From Aureliella sp. (GTDB lineage Bacteria; Planctomycetota; Planctomycetia; Pirellulales; Pirellulaceae): 64,000 bases of DNA. The notes under the pieces are model-generated. The model did not search any database and had not been told where the DNA came from. It was given only the letters and a program-made list of their open reading frames with translations. The translations under genes were made by a program, and so were the position numbers. Shown one piece after another: positions 29,045 through 38,562 of this stretch; position 1 is the stretch's first letter; the number at the start of each line of letters is the position of its first letter. The stretch is from positions 36,422 to 100,421 of the forward strand of contig JBIIJD010000003.1 in NCBI GenBank assembly GCA_044234105.1, written 5' to 3'.

Positions 29045-29368
29045 ATGGCAAAATTCTATGTTCAATCTGGCAATCGCAAGTTGGTCGTATCGGCGATGGA
29101 CAGCCAAGCAGCAGCGCTTTGGCTCGTGCATCGAAGTCTGGATGCTCTGATGCCAGTTTACGAGAATGCAGACTACAGTCCAGAGTACCGCTGCGAAATG
29201 GCTCTGCTTTTGGGCCTAAAACAGCTCGGAAACCAGGTCTACTTGAGCCAACGCGGGTTCGACCGCCAGGATGCTGAATCGATGGACGTTTTTGAACTAA
29301 TTCAGGTGTGGCACCAGCTAACAACAGCTATTTTGCGTCTGCAAGCAGATTTCAACTCGGCAGACTAG
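29045..29368 (+). CDS. Hypothetical protein
   Basis: The ORF from MAKFYVQSGNRKLVV... is 107 aa. The longer track ORF (28931) adds an unlikely N-terminal extension. Confidence 0.4.
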   Translation: MAKFYVQSGNRKLVVSAMDSQAAALWLVHRSLDALMPVYENADYSPEYRCEMALLLGLKQLGNQVYLSQRGFDRQDAESMDVFELIQVWHQLTTAILRLQADFNSAD

Positions 29369-29444
29369 CAACTTGTTCACCACCCAAAAGCCTGGCTTAC
29401 CCAAAAACCTCGTTTGCCGCCATTACCAACTACCCACTCCCCAC

Positions 29445-30776
29445 TCAAACCTCCAATACCCCGGTGCTGTCTCCGAACGGCTCGGCCTGAACTCCGCTCA
29501 ACTCCAGCATCTTTAGGTACAGGTTGTTTAGCGGCGTACCATCAGGGTAGGCCAGATGCCTGCCAGTCGCTATGCGGCCACCGGCGTTTCCGGCCAGCAG
29601 GATCGGCAAGTTGTGATGCGCGTGAGCGTTGCCGTCCGCGATTCCACTGCCATAAAGGATCATGCAGTTGTCCAGCAGCCAGCCGTCCGCCTCCTGGACA
29701 GCCTTCAGTCGCTCAAGCAAGTAAGCCAACTGCGTTGTATGGAATTGATCAATCTTTTGGATCTTGGCCTGTTTGTCCGTATCATTGGCGTGATGTGACA
29801 GGTCGTGATGGCCCTCTGGGACTCCGATAAAAGAATAACTGCGATTACTACCTTCGTTCGAAAACACCATGGTAGACACTCGAGTGGCATCGGTCTGAAA
29901 AGCCAGTACGATCAAGTCGGCAAGAATTCTCAAGTGCTGCTGGTACGACTTTGGCACGCCTGCGGGGCGTCCGGCGGGAATCGCATCTTCGCTAACAGAC
30001 GCAAATTTATCGATGCGCAGTTCCAGCTCACGGATCGCAGTTAGATATTGATCCAGTTTGCGCTGGTCGCTTGCTCCCACTTGTCGGCTCAGTCGCTGAG
30101 CGTCCTCGCGAACCATATCCAGGATACTTCGATCGTATCGCAATCGACGCGCGCGTTCCGCAGGCGACTCACCGGGTCGTGTGCTGCCAAACAATCGATC
30201 AAAGATCAGCCGAGGGTCTGTCTCCTTGACCACCGGCTGAGTCTCTGTCATCCATGCGATATTCGACGAGTAAGCGCAACTGTAGCCCGAGTCGCAATTG
30301 CCGGACTGAGCACCACCGTCAGCTCCCATCTCCAGCGATGGCAATCTTGTGTGCTTACCCAATTGCCGTGCTGCCAACTGATCCACAGAGATGCCGGCAC
30401 GCAGATCGGCACCGTCGGTCTTCTTGGCCTGAACTCCAGTCAGAAATGTTGTTAGCGCTCGAGCATGATCGCCACCCCCATCACCGTTAGCATCGGCCTT
30501 GTGCTGAGCCAAACCGCTAAGGATATTGAAGCTAGACTTGAGCGAAGCCAATGGCTGCAAAGTCGCAGGTAATTCATAATCGGCCCCAGTGGCTACTGGC
30601 AACCAAGCTGGCATCCACTTGCCATTGGGGACATACAAGAACGCCATTCGAATGGGAGGCTGCTGAGCGCTTGATGCACGCACGCTGTGACCTGACATGG
30701 CATCCAGCCACGGCAAAGCAATCGTTGCCCCCACACCTTTCAACGTTGCCCGTCGCGAGATTCGAAGCCGTTTCAT
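29445..30776 (-). CDS. DUF1552 domain-containing protein
   Basis: Tat-like start MKRLRISRRATLKGVGATIALPWLDAM and the family motif GHHDLSHH. Confidence 0.85.
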   Translation of the reverse strand: MKRLRISRRATLKGVGATIALPWLDAMSGHSVRASSAQQPPIRMAFLYVPNGKWMPAWLPVATGADYELPATLQPLASLKSSFNILSGLAQHKADANGDGGGDHARALTTFLTGVQAKKTDGADLRAGISVDQLAARQLGKHTRLPSLEMGADGGAQSGNCDSGYSCAYSSNIAWMTETQPVVKETDPRLIFDRLFGSTRPGESPAERARRLRYDRSILDMVREDAQRLSRQVGASDQRKLDQYLTAIRELELRIDKFASVSEDAIPAGRPAGVPKSYQQHLRILADLIVLAFQTDATRVSTMVFSNEGSNRSYSFIGVPEGHHDLSHHANDTDKQAKIQKIDQFHTTQLAYLLERLKAVQEADGWLLDNCMILYGSGIADGNAHAHHNLPILLAGNAGGRIATGRHLAYPDGTPLNNLYLKMLELSGVQAEPFGDSTGVLEV

Positions 30777-30895
30777 AGCATTATTCCTTGTAAAGATGAC
30801 CAGTTCCAACAACGCATTAGCCGCTGCCTGTCAAAAATCTGTTCTTCGGGAAATTGTGTGTCTGAAATCATTGACCTCAGAACATCACAGGTGCT

Positions 30896-31780
30896 TTACC
30901 AAGGCCGAGTCGTTATGACTCCCTCCTCAGGACTGCTGGCTGTTGCGTACAATCGCTTGGGAATCCGTCCGGACAAAAAAGCCCAACGTCCAGCGACTGC
31001 CGCATGTTTCATAGCTATCGACATTCCGACGGGATCGCGAGCATGCGCTACTGCAGAGTTCAACAACACGCCATCAGCCCCCAGTTCAAATGCCACGGAT
31101 ACGTCGCTGGCCGTTCCAACACCGGCATCTACAATCACAGGGTAGTCTGGATCATCCTCTTTTAAGTATTCGAGTATGATTCGAAGATTGTTTGGATTTA
31201 AGATGCCTTGCCCACTGCCGATCGGACTTCCGGCAGGCATTACACTGGAAGCTCCAGCCTTTTTTAGGCGGCGAGCCACGATCGGGCAGTCGCTGGTATA
31301 GCATAGTACGTGGAAGCCGTCGGCAACCAATTGCTCACAAGCCGCAATGGTAGCAACCGGGTCTGGCAGTAGCGTTTTACTATCTCCCAAGACCTCTAGC
31401 TTGACCCAATCAGCACCGGGGTTTTCTAGGGCACGCAGGATTTCTCGCCCCAATTTGGCAACTCGGACGGCATCAGTTGCATTGTAACAACCGGCTGTGT
31501 TGGGCAGCAGCATATACCGGATAGGATCGATGTACTCCAAAATGTTTTGACCTACTCGGTCATACATTCGCTCGCGCCGCACGGCAACTGTAACGGCCTG
31601 TACCTCGGCTGCGCTTAACGAGTCCCGCATCAAATCCAGCGTGTCATACCTGCCAGTCCCCAAGATCAATCGACTGGACAGTTGGAATGGACCTATCGTA
31701 AGCAGACTATCATGGATGGGCAAAGAACCGGTAGGCCCAGCGCCTGTGTTGTCTGGATTCACCGATGATGTGTTGGCCAT
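30896..31780 (-). CDS. thiG: Thiazole synthase ThiG
   Basis: [39 protein letters not shown], then ...[17 protein letters not shown]...[10 protein letters not shown]. Confidence 0.9.
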   Translation of the reverse strand: MANTSSVNPDNTGAGPTGSLPIHDSLLTIGPFQLSSRLILGTGRYDTLDLMRDSLSAAEVQAVTVAVRRERMYDRVGQNILEYIDPIRYMLLPNTAGCYNATDAVRVAKLGREILRALENPGADWVKLEVLGDSKTLLPDPVATIAACEQLVADGFHVLCYTSDCPIVARRLKKAGASSVMPAGSPIGSGQGILNPNNLRIILEYLKEDDPDYPVIVDAGVGTASDVSVAFELGADGVLLNSAVAHARDPVGMSIAMKHAAVAGRWAFLSGRIPKRLYATASSPEEGVITTRPW

Positions 31781-31821
31781 GAAGAACCTCTTGTCTGCCG
31801 TTAAGCCAAACGCGTAGCTCC

Positions 31822-31889
31822 GTAGCTACGTTCGCCAGAACGTGGTATGCCGTAGGAGTCTGCGTCCACGTTTTGGCAAACGTAGCTAA
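31822..31889. repeat. REPIN-like doublet (class 1, CGCCAGA-loop hairpins) between thiS and thiG
   Basis: GTAGCTACGTTCGCCAGAACGTGG at 31822..31845. The reverse complement of 31866..31889 is TTAGCTACGTTTGCCAAAACGTGG (21/24 identical). The spacer is 20 nt. Confidence 0.65.
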
Positions 31890-31932
31890 GCTCGCCAAAT
31901 TATGGATTTCCCGGGGCCATGCAATATCCGGC

Positions 31933-32157
31933 CTAGCCGCCCCCCACCAGTGTCACCGCTTCGACCACATCGCCATCGGACAGCAGAAACTGCCCATGTT
32001 GTGAACGGGAAATGACCTGACCGTTGATTTCCACCGCTACCAATGGACTGCGGATGGCGACGGCGTCTAACAATGCTGAAACGCTACTACCTCGCGAAAT
32101 TTGCAAGGCTTGGCCGTTGATCTGAACGCCTATCAAAGCTGCTGATTCATCCGCCAT
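31933..32157 (-). CDS. thiS: Sulfur-carrier protein ThiS
   Basis: 74-aa product starts MADESAALIGVQINGQALQI and ends EAVTLVGGG (C-terminal GG). It sits directly upstream of thiG. Start chosen at 32157 to avoid overlap with the upstream gene. Confidence 0.8.
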   Translation of the reverse strand: MADESAALIGVQINGQALQISRGSSVSALLDAVAIRSPLVAVEINGQVISRSQHGQFLLSDGDVVEAVTLVGGG

Positions 32158-32182
32158 ACTGGTACGTACAATCCAATAGTTC

Positions 32183-33178
32183 CTATTCGTCAAACGCAGC
32201 ATCAAACGCACGATCACTTGGACTGAAGTCCAGGTTCTTGGTAAAGCGGCAAGCTTCAGCAGCTCCAAACTCTCGTTTCATACCGCTGTCTTCCCATTCA
32301 ATGCTCAGAGGACCTTGATAGTTGATCGCATTCAGGGCTCGAATGATCTCTTCAAAGTTCACCCCGCCGCGTCCTGGACTACGGAAATCCCAGCCACGTC
32401 TTGGATCGCCAAAGTTCAAATGGCTGGAAAGAATTCCAGACCGACCGTTCAGCGTCTGAATGGCGTCCTTGATGTGGACGTGATAGATGCGATCAGGAAA
32501 GGCCCGAATGAACTCGACCGGGTCCACACCTTGCCAGATCAAGTGACTTGGGTCAAAGTTAAAACCAAACTCCTCGCGGTGATCTAAGGCTTCCAAAGTT
32601 CGCTGCGCCGAATAGAGATCAAAAGCGATCTCGGTCGGGTGAACCTCCAGGGCAAATTTCACTCCGCATTCGCCAAAAGTATCCAGGATCGGATGAAATC
32701 GCTGGGCCAACAGCTTGTACCCGTCGTCGATCATCGCGGTTGGTACCGGCGGAAACGAATAGAGCAGGTGCCAAATGCTGGACCCAGTAAATCCATTGAC
32801 CACCCCCACGCCCATACGCTGAGCGGCACGAGCGGTTTGCTTGAGTTCCTCGGCGGCGCGCTGATTGACGCCCGCTGGATTGCCGTCGCCCCAAATGTAG
32901 TCTGGCAGAATCGCCTTGTGCCGCGAGTCGATCAGATCAAGCACGGCCTGACCAACCAGGTGAGCGCTGATGGCATGACACTGAAGGCCATGTTTGTCCA
33001 GCAGGGCTCTCTTTTTCGCGCAATAATCGGATTGGCTGATCGCCTTGTCGACTTCGAAATGATCACCCCAGCAGGCCAATTCGATACCATCATATCCAAA
33101 CTGGCTGGTCAGCTTGACCATCTGTTCCAGTGGTAGATCCGCCCATTGCCCGGTAAACAGCGTGACTGGCCGCGCCAT
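32183..33178 (-). CDS. Sugar phosphate isomerase/epimerase (xylose isomerase-like TIM barrel)
   Basis: [43 protein letters not shown]..., then [12 protein letters not shown] and HVHIKD. Confidence 0.85.
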   Translation of the reverse strand: MARPVTLFTGQWADLPLEQMVKLTSQFGYDGIELACWGDHFEVDKAISQSDYCAKKRALLDKHGLQCHAISAHLVGQAVLDLIDSRHKAILPDYIWGDGNPAGVNQRAAEELKQTARAAQRMGVGVVNGFTGSSIWHLLYSFPPVPTAMIDDGYKLLAQRFHPILDTFGECGVKFALEVHPTEIAFDLYSAQRTLEALDHREEFGFNFDPSHLIWQGVDPVEFIRAFPDRIYHVHIKDAIQTLNGRSGILSSHLNFGDPRRGWDFRSPGRGGVNFEEIIRALNAINYQGPLSIEWEDSGMKREFGAAEACRFTKNLDFSPSDRAFDAAFDE

Positions 33179-33319
33179 TGTTTTTGCTCCCTGAAATGCA
33201 ACTTGACTTCATCTTTTGTATTGATTGAAGCAGACGCTGTTCGCCGCCCCAGAACATCAACAACAATAGCTTATCCGGCTTGTCAACGATCGCCTAGCCG
33301 GGATTGCTGTTTGCACAAG

Positions 33320-33859
33320 CTATCTGCTGACTTGAAAGTTGACCCGATCGCGTAATACCAAGATCACCCGCAGAATTCTACCACCGGGAGAGCCCAGAAT
33401 TTGACGCTCGACTTCAAGACCTTGATTGTAGTCGTCAATAACTTTCAGTAATTCCGTAGAAGCCTTAGGAGCGGGATCTGAGCTGGTTGGTCTTTGGGCA
33501 ATCGTTGATTCGACTTGATCGGCTAATAGCCGCTGCTGCTGAGCGTCCACGGAAGTGCGGAATCGATCTACGACTGCCGCCAACAAACTGTCGCCAACGA
33601 TTTGACTGTCGGTCTGGTTTGTATCCGATCCGTCCACTAACAATTGCTGATAATCCTGGTCCAATAAACTAGCTACTTCTCGCCAGCGTCTGTCGGTATC
33701 GTCCCGCGCCTGATTGAGACGAATGTAAGTGGCCAACGTGTATGCGATTCCTAGTCCAAGTACCAGAATTCCAGTGAGTACCACAAGTGTTAATTTCGCT
33801 CCTGAGATTCCAGGTAACTCTTGTTTCGGCTTGTTCAGCTTATTTCTCCTACGCGACAA
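33320..33859 (-). CDS. Hypothetical single-pass membrane protein
   Basis: 179 aa. A basic N-terminus is followed by the TM helix LTLVVLTGILVLGLGIAYTLATYI. Any LemA-like resemblance is weak. Confidence 0.5.
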   Translation of the reverse strand: MSRRRNKLNKPKQELPGISGAKLTLVVLTGILVLGLGIAYTLATYIRLNQARDDTDRRWREVASLLDQDYQQLLVDGSDTNQTDSQIVGDSLLAAVVDRFRTSVDAQQQRLLADQVESTIAQRPTSSDPAPKASTELLKVIDDYNQGLEVERQILGSPGGRILRVILVLRDRVNFQVSR

Positions 33860-33960
33860 TCAACTTCCATTGGACCAAAATTTTCGACACTTCTCGCTGA
33901 TAGCAGGTACTGTAACATGAAATCCGGCAGGCAAGCAAGTCGCAAGCAGCATGCCAACAA

Positions 33961-35241
33961 CTAGCTTAATAGCTCGCTGATCAACTTGCCGCCATTAGCG
34001 ATCTTCATGGGTCGACCGCTCTTGCTTTGATAAGTGGTTTCCAACGAGATCCCCAGCGACTTGCAGATGGTAGCCATCAAGTCCTCTGAGGTGTAGGGTT
34101 CGCTGGTCACCTCACGCCCTTCTGCATCGGTCTGTCCAACGGCGATGCCACCCTTCATGCCAGCGCCACCCACTACAACGCTCCAAGCTTTTGCGTAGTG
34201 GTCTCGGCCTGCATTACCGTTAATCGTTGGCGTGCGGCCGAATTCTCCCATCCATATAATCGCTGTATCGGCCAGCATTCCTCGCTCAGATAAATCGGCA
34301 ACCAGAGCGCTCATGGCCTTGTCCAGAACCGGCAGACGCTGATCTTCCAAGATCGGAAAAATGCCTTGGTGATTGTCCCAGCCTCCCAAGTCAACCTCGA
34401 CAAACGGCACGCCTACTTCGACCAGTCGCCGAGCCATCAGGCAGCCGCGTCCAAATGCGTTGTCGCCATAACGCTCTTTGACTTGATCCGGTTCAGTATT
34501 TACTTGAAAAGCCTGCATCTGACGGCTGGTCATCAACTGATAGGTTTTCTCTAAAATCTTTAAGTGATCACCGGCTACGGCACCGCGATTTTGTTTGGCA
34601 AAATTAGTCTCGATTAGTTCCAGTGTTTTGACACGCTGAGCCATGCGGGAGTCGGCAACCACCTGATCGAGATTTCGAATGCGACCGTCGCTGGTCACAC
34701 TGAACGGGGCGAAGCTCATTCCTAAAAAGCCGGGCCCCTCACTAGCACCGCCAACAGCAACAAACGGAGGTATCTCCAGATCCTGTCGATCAGCCAATAG
34801 TTCGTGGGCTACGACCGCACCATAGCTGGGATGTTCAATGCCGGGGTTAGGAATATAACCCGTGTGCATGTAGTAACGACCTCGGTCATGATCCGCCTCG
34901 CGAGTGCTCATCGAACGAACGACGGACAGGTGTTGCATTTGTTGGCTGATCATCGGTAGATGCTCGCAGATCTGGAGTTCGCCAGTGGTGCTGATCGGGC
35001 GAAACGGGCCTCCAGTGGCTGCACCTGGCTTCAAATCCCACAGGTCAATCGTCGCTGGTCCACCACCCATCCACAAAAGTATGGCTGCCTTACGATTTCT
35101 CTTAAGTTCTTGGGCATGCACTTGCAGTGAATGTCCAAAGGCCAGTGACGCACCGGCTAGCGCGCTAGCACCCGCCGAGTGCTGCATGAAATGCCGACGA
35201 GTCATTCCATGAGGAGTGGCGTGTCGATTCCAGAGCATCAC
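33961..35241 (-). CDS. DUF1501 domain-containing protein (sulfatase-like fold) with a Tat signal
   Basis: MTRRHFMQHSAGASALAGASLAFG twin-arginine signal. Family-typical motifs ILLWMGGGPATIDLWDLKP, DLGGWDNH and GEFGRTP...GRDH. Confidence 0.9.
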   Translation of the reverse strand: MMLWNRHATPHGMTRRHFMQHSAGASALAGASLAFGHSLQVHAQELKRNRKAAILLWMGGGPATIDLWDLKPGAATGGPFRPISTTGELQICEHLPMISQQMQHLSVVRSMSTREADHDRGRYYMHTGYIPNPGIEHPSYGAVVAHELLADRQDLEIPPFVAVGGASEGPGFLGMSFAPFSVTSDGRIRNLDQVVADSRMAQRVKTLELIETNFAKQNRGAVAGDHLKILEKTYQLMTSRQMQAFQVNTEPDQVKERYGDNAFGRGCLMARRLVEVGVPFVEVDLGGWDNHQGIFPILEDQRLPVLDKAMSALVADLSERGMLADTAIIWMGEFGRTPTINGNAGRDHYAKAWSVVVGGAGMKGGIAVGQTDAEGREVTSEPYTSEDLMATICKSLGISLETTYQSKSGRPMKIANGGKLISELLS

Positions 35242-35266
35242 TTTGATTTCCCTTTCTTAGAATTTT

Positions 35267-36949
35267 CTAGTGAATCAAGATAAACTCATTAGAGTTCAAA
35301 ATGGCCCACCATAGATCTTGAAGCGCTTCGTTGGCTTTACCACCGCGCGCTTGAAGTAGCTGTCCGGCGACGTCCAATTCTTTGCTCGTGGCACGACGGG
35401 ATAAGCCTAATACAAACAGAGAATTTACTTTCTCTGGGAACTTGCTGTTGCTGCTAGCTAGCTTGTCCAACATGCTTCCAGGGGCGGTGTCGATGGCGCG
35501 TTTGACCAGTTCGCCATTAAACATCATCAAAGCCTGCGGAATCGAACCGTTGAATGTCGTCGCTTCGTCGCCTTCGTCAGTTCCAAAGGCAACCACAAAC
35601 TGGCTCAGCCAACGATCTCGCTCACCCTGTTGCTGCTCCAACGAACCTTTGGCCTGTCCCCCAACTGTGATTAGGGACTGGTAAAGCTGCTCAGCCGTCA
35701 TTTGCCTAAGATAAAAGTGGCTGAATTGTGGCTGATGCCCCAACGATGGATCGTCCTTCTGATTACCCTGAGTCATCAGACTTGACAAATGGTAGGGCTT
35801 GGACAATACAATCCACCGCATCAGCTCGCGCATGTTATAGCTAGATTGCACGAATTGCTGGGCCAGATATTCCAGCAACTCGGGATGTGAAACAGAACTG
35901 TGCGGTCCGAGATCGTCGATTGGACGAGTAAATCCATACCCCATAAAATGTGCCCAGATGCGGTTCACTAGCATCTTGCTCATGTATTCGCTTTGCACTA
36001 CAAGCTTGCCTAGTTCAGTGCGACGGTTCAAGTCTTGGACGCGACCGCTGCGGCCAATCTCCGTTCCGTCGATAAACACAGGGTAGGCGGTACGCAGAAC
36101 CTGATTGCGTTCCTCGTAGAATATCTCCGCTTCATCCGCATTAGCTTGATTGCCCTCGCCTCGAAAGTCCTCATCGATCAGCTCTACATGATCGATATCG
36201 TCGGTTCCTTGAACATACCGTCGCAAGGATCGAGTCTGGCGGAAAAAAGCGTTCAATTGCCAAAATTTTTCTTGCTTCCATTGATTGAACGGGTGGTTGT
36301 GGCACTGAGTACACTGGACTTGCATGCCAAGAAAAATGCGTGAGGTGGCTGCGGTGGCCTGAGTCCCATTTTCATCGTTCACCTTGTCTGCCAAGAAATT
36401 GGTGGCACCATGGAACTTTTCAGTACCAGGTTTTGTGGTGCCCGTCGCTGTAATCAGCTCATAGACCAATCGATCATACGACTTGTCACCAGCAAAGCTG
36501 TCTCGCAAGTATTTTGCTAGCCCCTCGCGATTGGTGAATGAATTGCGAGCCGTTCCGCCGGAGCGTCCGATCAGAATGTTGCTCCACGTGGTTGCCCAAT
36601 GTGCCGCGAACTCTTCCGTGTACTGTCCGTCGCTCAAAAGCTGCTGAACTAAAGCTGCTCGTTTGTCTTTTGATTTGTCGCGTGCAAACTGCTGCGCCTC
36701 TTGAAAGCTTGGTATTCGACCAATCAGATCCAGGTACAGTCTGCGCACCCATTTCCAATCGTCCTCGGTTGACGACGGAGTCAACTGGTGGTCGGTCCAG
36801 CCTTGCTGAATCTCCTGATTGATCCTTTGTATCTGAGGCAATTGACTATCAGCAGCGATCAAAGCGCTAGATGTCAGCCAGCCGAGCTGGATGCAAAGAA
36901 GCAGCAGATTTGGTGATCGCCAGAAACAAAATTTAATACCAAAGAGCAT
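35267..36949 (-). CDS. DUF1549/DUF1553 (PSCyt2/PSD1) domain protein
   Basis: WVRRLYLDLIGRIPSFQEAQQF, CTQCHNHPFNQWKQEKFWQLNAFF and the C-terminal ILNSNEFILIH. It is paired with the downstream DUF1501 gene, as is typical in planctomycetes. Confidence 0.85.
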   Translation of the reverse strand: MLFGIKFCFWRSPNLLLLCIQLGWLTSSALIAADSQLPQIQRINQEIQQGWTDHQLTPSSTEDDWKWVRRLYLDLIGRIPSFQEAQQFARDKSKDKRAALVQQLLSDGQYTEEFAAHWATTWSNILIGRSGGTARNSFTNREGLAKYLRDSFAGDKSYDRLVYELITATGTTKPGTEKFHGATNFLADKVNDENGTQATAATSRIFLGMQVQCTQCHNHPFNQWKQEKFWQLNAFFRQTRSLRRYVQGTDDIDHVELIDEDFRGEGNQANADEAEIFYEERNQVLRTAYPVFIDGTEIGRSGRVQDLNRRTELGKLVVQSEYMSKMLVNRIWAHFMGYGFTRPIDDLGPHSSVSHPELLEYLAQQFVQSSYNMRELMRWIVLSKPYHLSSLMTQGNQKDDPSLGHQPQFSHFYLRQMTAEQLYQSLITVGGQAKGSLEQQQGERDRWLSQFVVAFGTDEGDEATTFNGSIPQALMMFNGELVKRAIDTAPGSMLDKLASSNSKFPEKVNSLFVLGLSRRATSKELDVAGQLLQARGGKANEALQDLWWAILNSNEFILIH

Positions 36950-37037
36950 TTTTCCGACCGCAACCTGCCAAAGAGCTGGGCACAGCTAACCAACTGTTTC
37001 CTATTATACTTCAGATATGAAATTTAGGACAGGAATT

Positions 37038-38255
37038 TTACTTATTTGGTGTCTGACTGTGACCGAGTAAAAAGCTTTCGTCAAACTCCACGTGCTTCAT
37101 GCTTTTCCCTTCGGCCACAAAGTAGCTGTAGACGCAGTGAATTCTTTGATCACGGGTCTGGATGATGGTCGGGTAATGGTAGGAACCCCCGGCATGGTCT
37201 TCCAAATGTACGGTGAATGGCCACGATTGACCTTCGTCTTTGGAAAGTGACACGGCAAGTCGGTGACGTCCGGCAATCAGGTCGTTATAGATCATTACCC
37301 AGTTGCCGTTTTGCAATCGAACCGCATCCAGCCCAGAACCAGGATTGGGTAGATCGATCGTACCTACGGGGCCCCACGTTTCCCCCTGATCAGTCGACTC
37401 ACAGACACGAATTTTTAGTAGCGGCCCGTTCTCTCGCATATAAGCTACCAGCGTTCCATCGGCACGCCTTAGGACGCTGGGCTGAATATTCCCGAAGCCC
37501 AACAGCGGTTCCGATGCTCGCCAAGTTAAGCCCTGGTCATCGCTGATGGCCATGATGGAAATCGAAAAAGTGTCTGAGTACAAGGGAAGCAGGATGCGAC
37601 CCGAAGGCAATACCGTTGGCTTGCATCGTCCCTGCCAACCTAGTCTTTGATACAGCTTATCATGGATTCGTTCCTCGACTCGTTTTAAATAGGCATCCAG
37701 TGGCCCATCGGCAGGTTTAGGTAGACTCTTGATCTTCTCGTTCAGAACCTGCATGCCTTTCTGGCCAAAATCATTCGGCTTCATCCAGATAGTGTCACGA
37801 CGATTCCAATTAGGCGAACCAGCCCCAGAGGGGTCTTCGGAAATCAGCATCTGAGTCAGACAGGATTCCCAAGTGTTGGCAAGCACCAGAGGCCAAAACA
37901 GGAACAATCGTCCGCGTGAATCCACCATCATGCAGGTATTTCCATCGGGAAAGCCCGGCGTATCGACCATGACAAACGGATCGCTCCACTGCCGTTGACC
38001 GGCGGGACGCCGCGAGCCATAAACGGCCACATCGTCTGCTTGTCGTTCGCCCGAACCGCGGAACCATGAAACAATCAGCTCTCCACCCGCCAGTTCGGCA
38101 ATGCCCGGCGCGTGATTGTGCTGGTGATGCAAAGGAAAAATCAACTCCGACTGAGGGTTTTCATCCGCAATGGTTACAGCCGTCACCATCGACCAGCAAA
38201 TTGCCAAGACAAAAGCGACATAGTTTCGATAGCACATTTGAAATACCCTATTCAT
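37038..38255 (-). CDS. BNR/Asp-box repeat glycosyl hydrolase (exo-alpha-sialidase-like)
   Basis: Three Asp-boxes: SDDQGLTW, STDQGETW and SKDEGQSW. Signal-anchor N-terminus at MNRVFQMCYRNYVAFVLAICWSMVTAVTIA (start 38255). The longer track ORF runs into the repeat at 38303..38360. Confidence 0.8.
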   Translation of the reverse strand: MNRVFQMCYRNYVAFVLAICWSMVTAVTIADENPQSELIFPLHHQHNHAPGIAELAGGELIVSWFRGSGERQADDVAVYGSRRPAGQRQWSDPFVMVDTPGFPDGNTCMMVDSRGRLFLFWPLVLANTWESCLTQMLISEDPSGAGSPNWNRRDTIWMKPNDFGQKGMQVLNEKIKSLPKPADGPLDAYLKRVEERIHDKLYQRLGWQGRCKPTVLPSGRILLPLYSDTFSISIMAISDDQGLTWRASEPLLGFGNIQPSVLRRADGTLVAYMRENGPLLKIRVCESTDQGETWGPVGTIDLPNPGSGLDAVRLQNGNWVMIYNDLIAGRHRLAVSLSKDEGQSWPFTVHLEDHAGGSYHYPTIIQTRDQRIHCVYSYFVAEGKSMKHVEFDESFLLGHSQTPNK

Positions 38256-38302
38256 GGTGATTGTCCTTCTTATTCTTCGCGGCAGATCATGTTTTCCAAA
38301 TT

Positions 38303-38360
38303 GTAGTGGAACTAGCCAGAGTTCCCGGTCCACCAAGGGAATTCTGGCGAATCCCACTAC
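38303..38360. repeat. REPIN-like doublet (class 1, CGCCAGA-loop hairpins)
   Basis: GTAGTGGAACTAGCCAGAGTTCCC at 38303..38326. The reverse complement of 38337..38360 is GTAGTGGGATTCGCCAGAATTCCC. The spacer is 10 nt. Confidence 0.75.
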
Positions 38361-38562
38361 GGTAAGGCAATTACTACGACTCGCCCAAAAATAGCTTTAA
38401 GCCTGAGAGCGCCTAACTAGTTGCACTGTAGTCCCAATGACCACTGGAAGAATTGTGATATACTTCGCGCTCTGAAGCAAGCTGACTAATGATTCATTAT
38501 CCAAATATTCTCACAGTCGCATCGCCTATTGCTGGTCGAACAGGGAAAGTTACACTCAAGAA

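Noticed and set aside
31781-31932. A TPP riboswitch was expected near thiS/thiG. I also checked 33179..33319, upstream of the preceding gene.
   Set aside because: I found neither the CUGAGA element nor the ACCUGAUCUGGAUAAUGCCAGCG-like pyrimidine-sensor helix on the minus strand. The thiS-thiG spacer is explained by the REPIN-like doublet.
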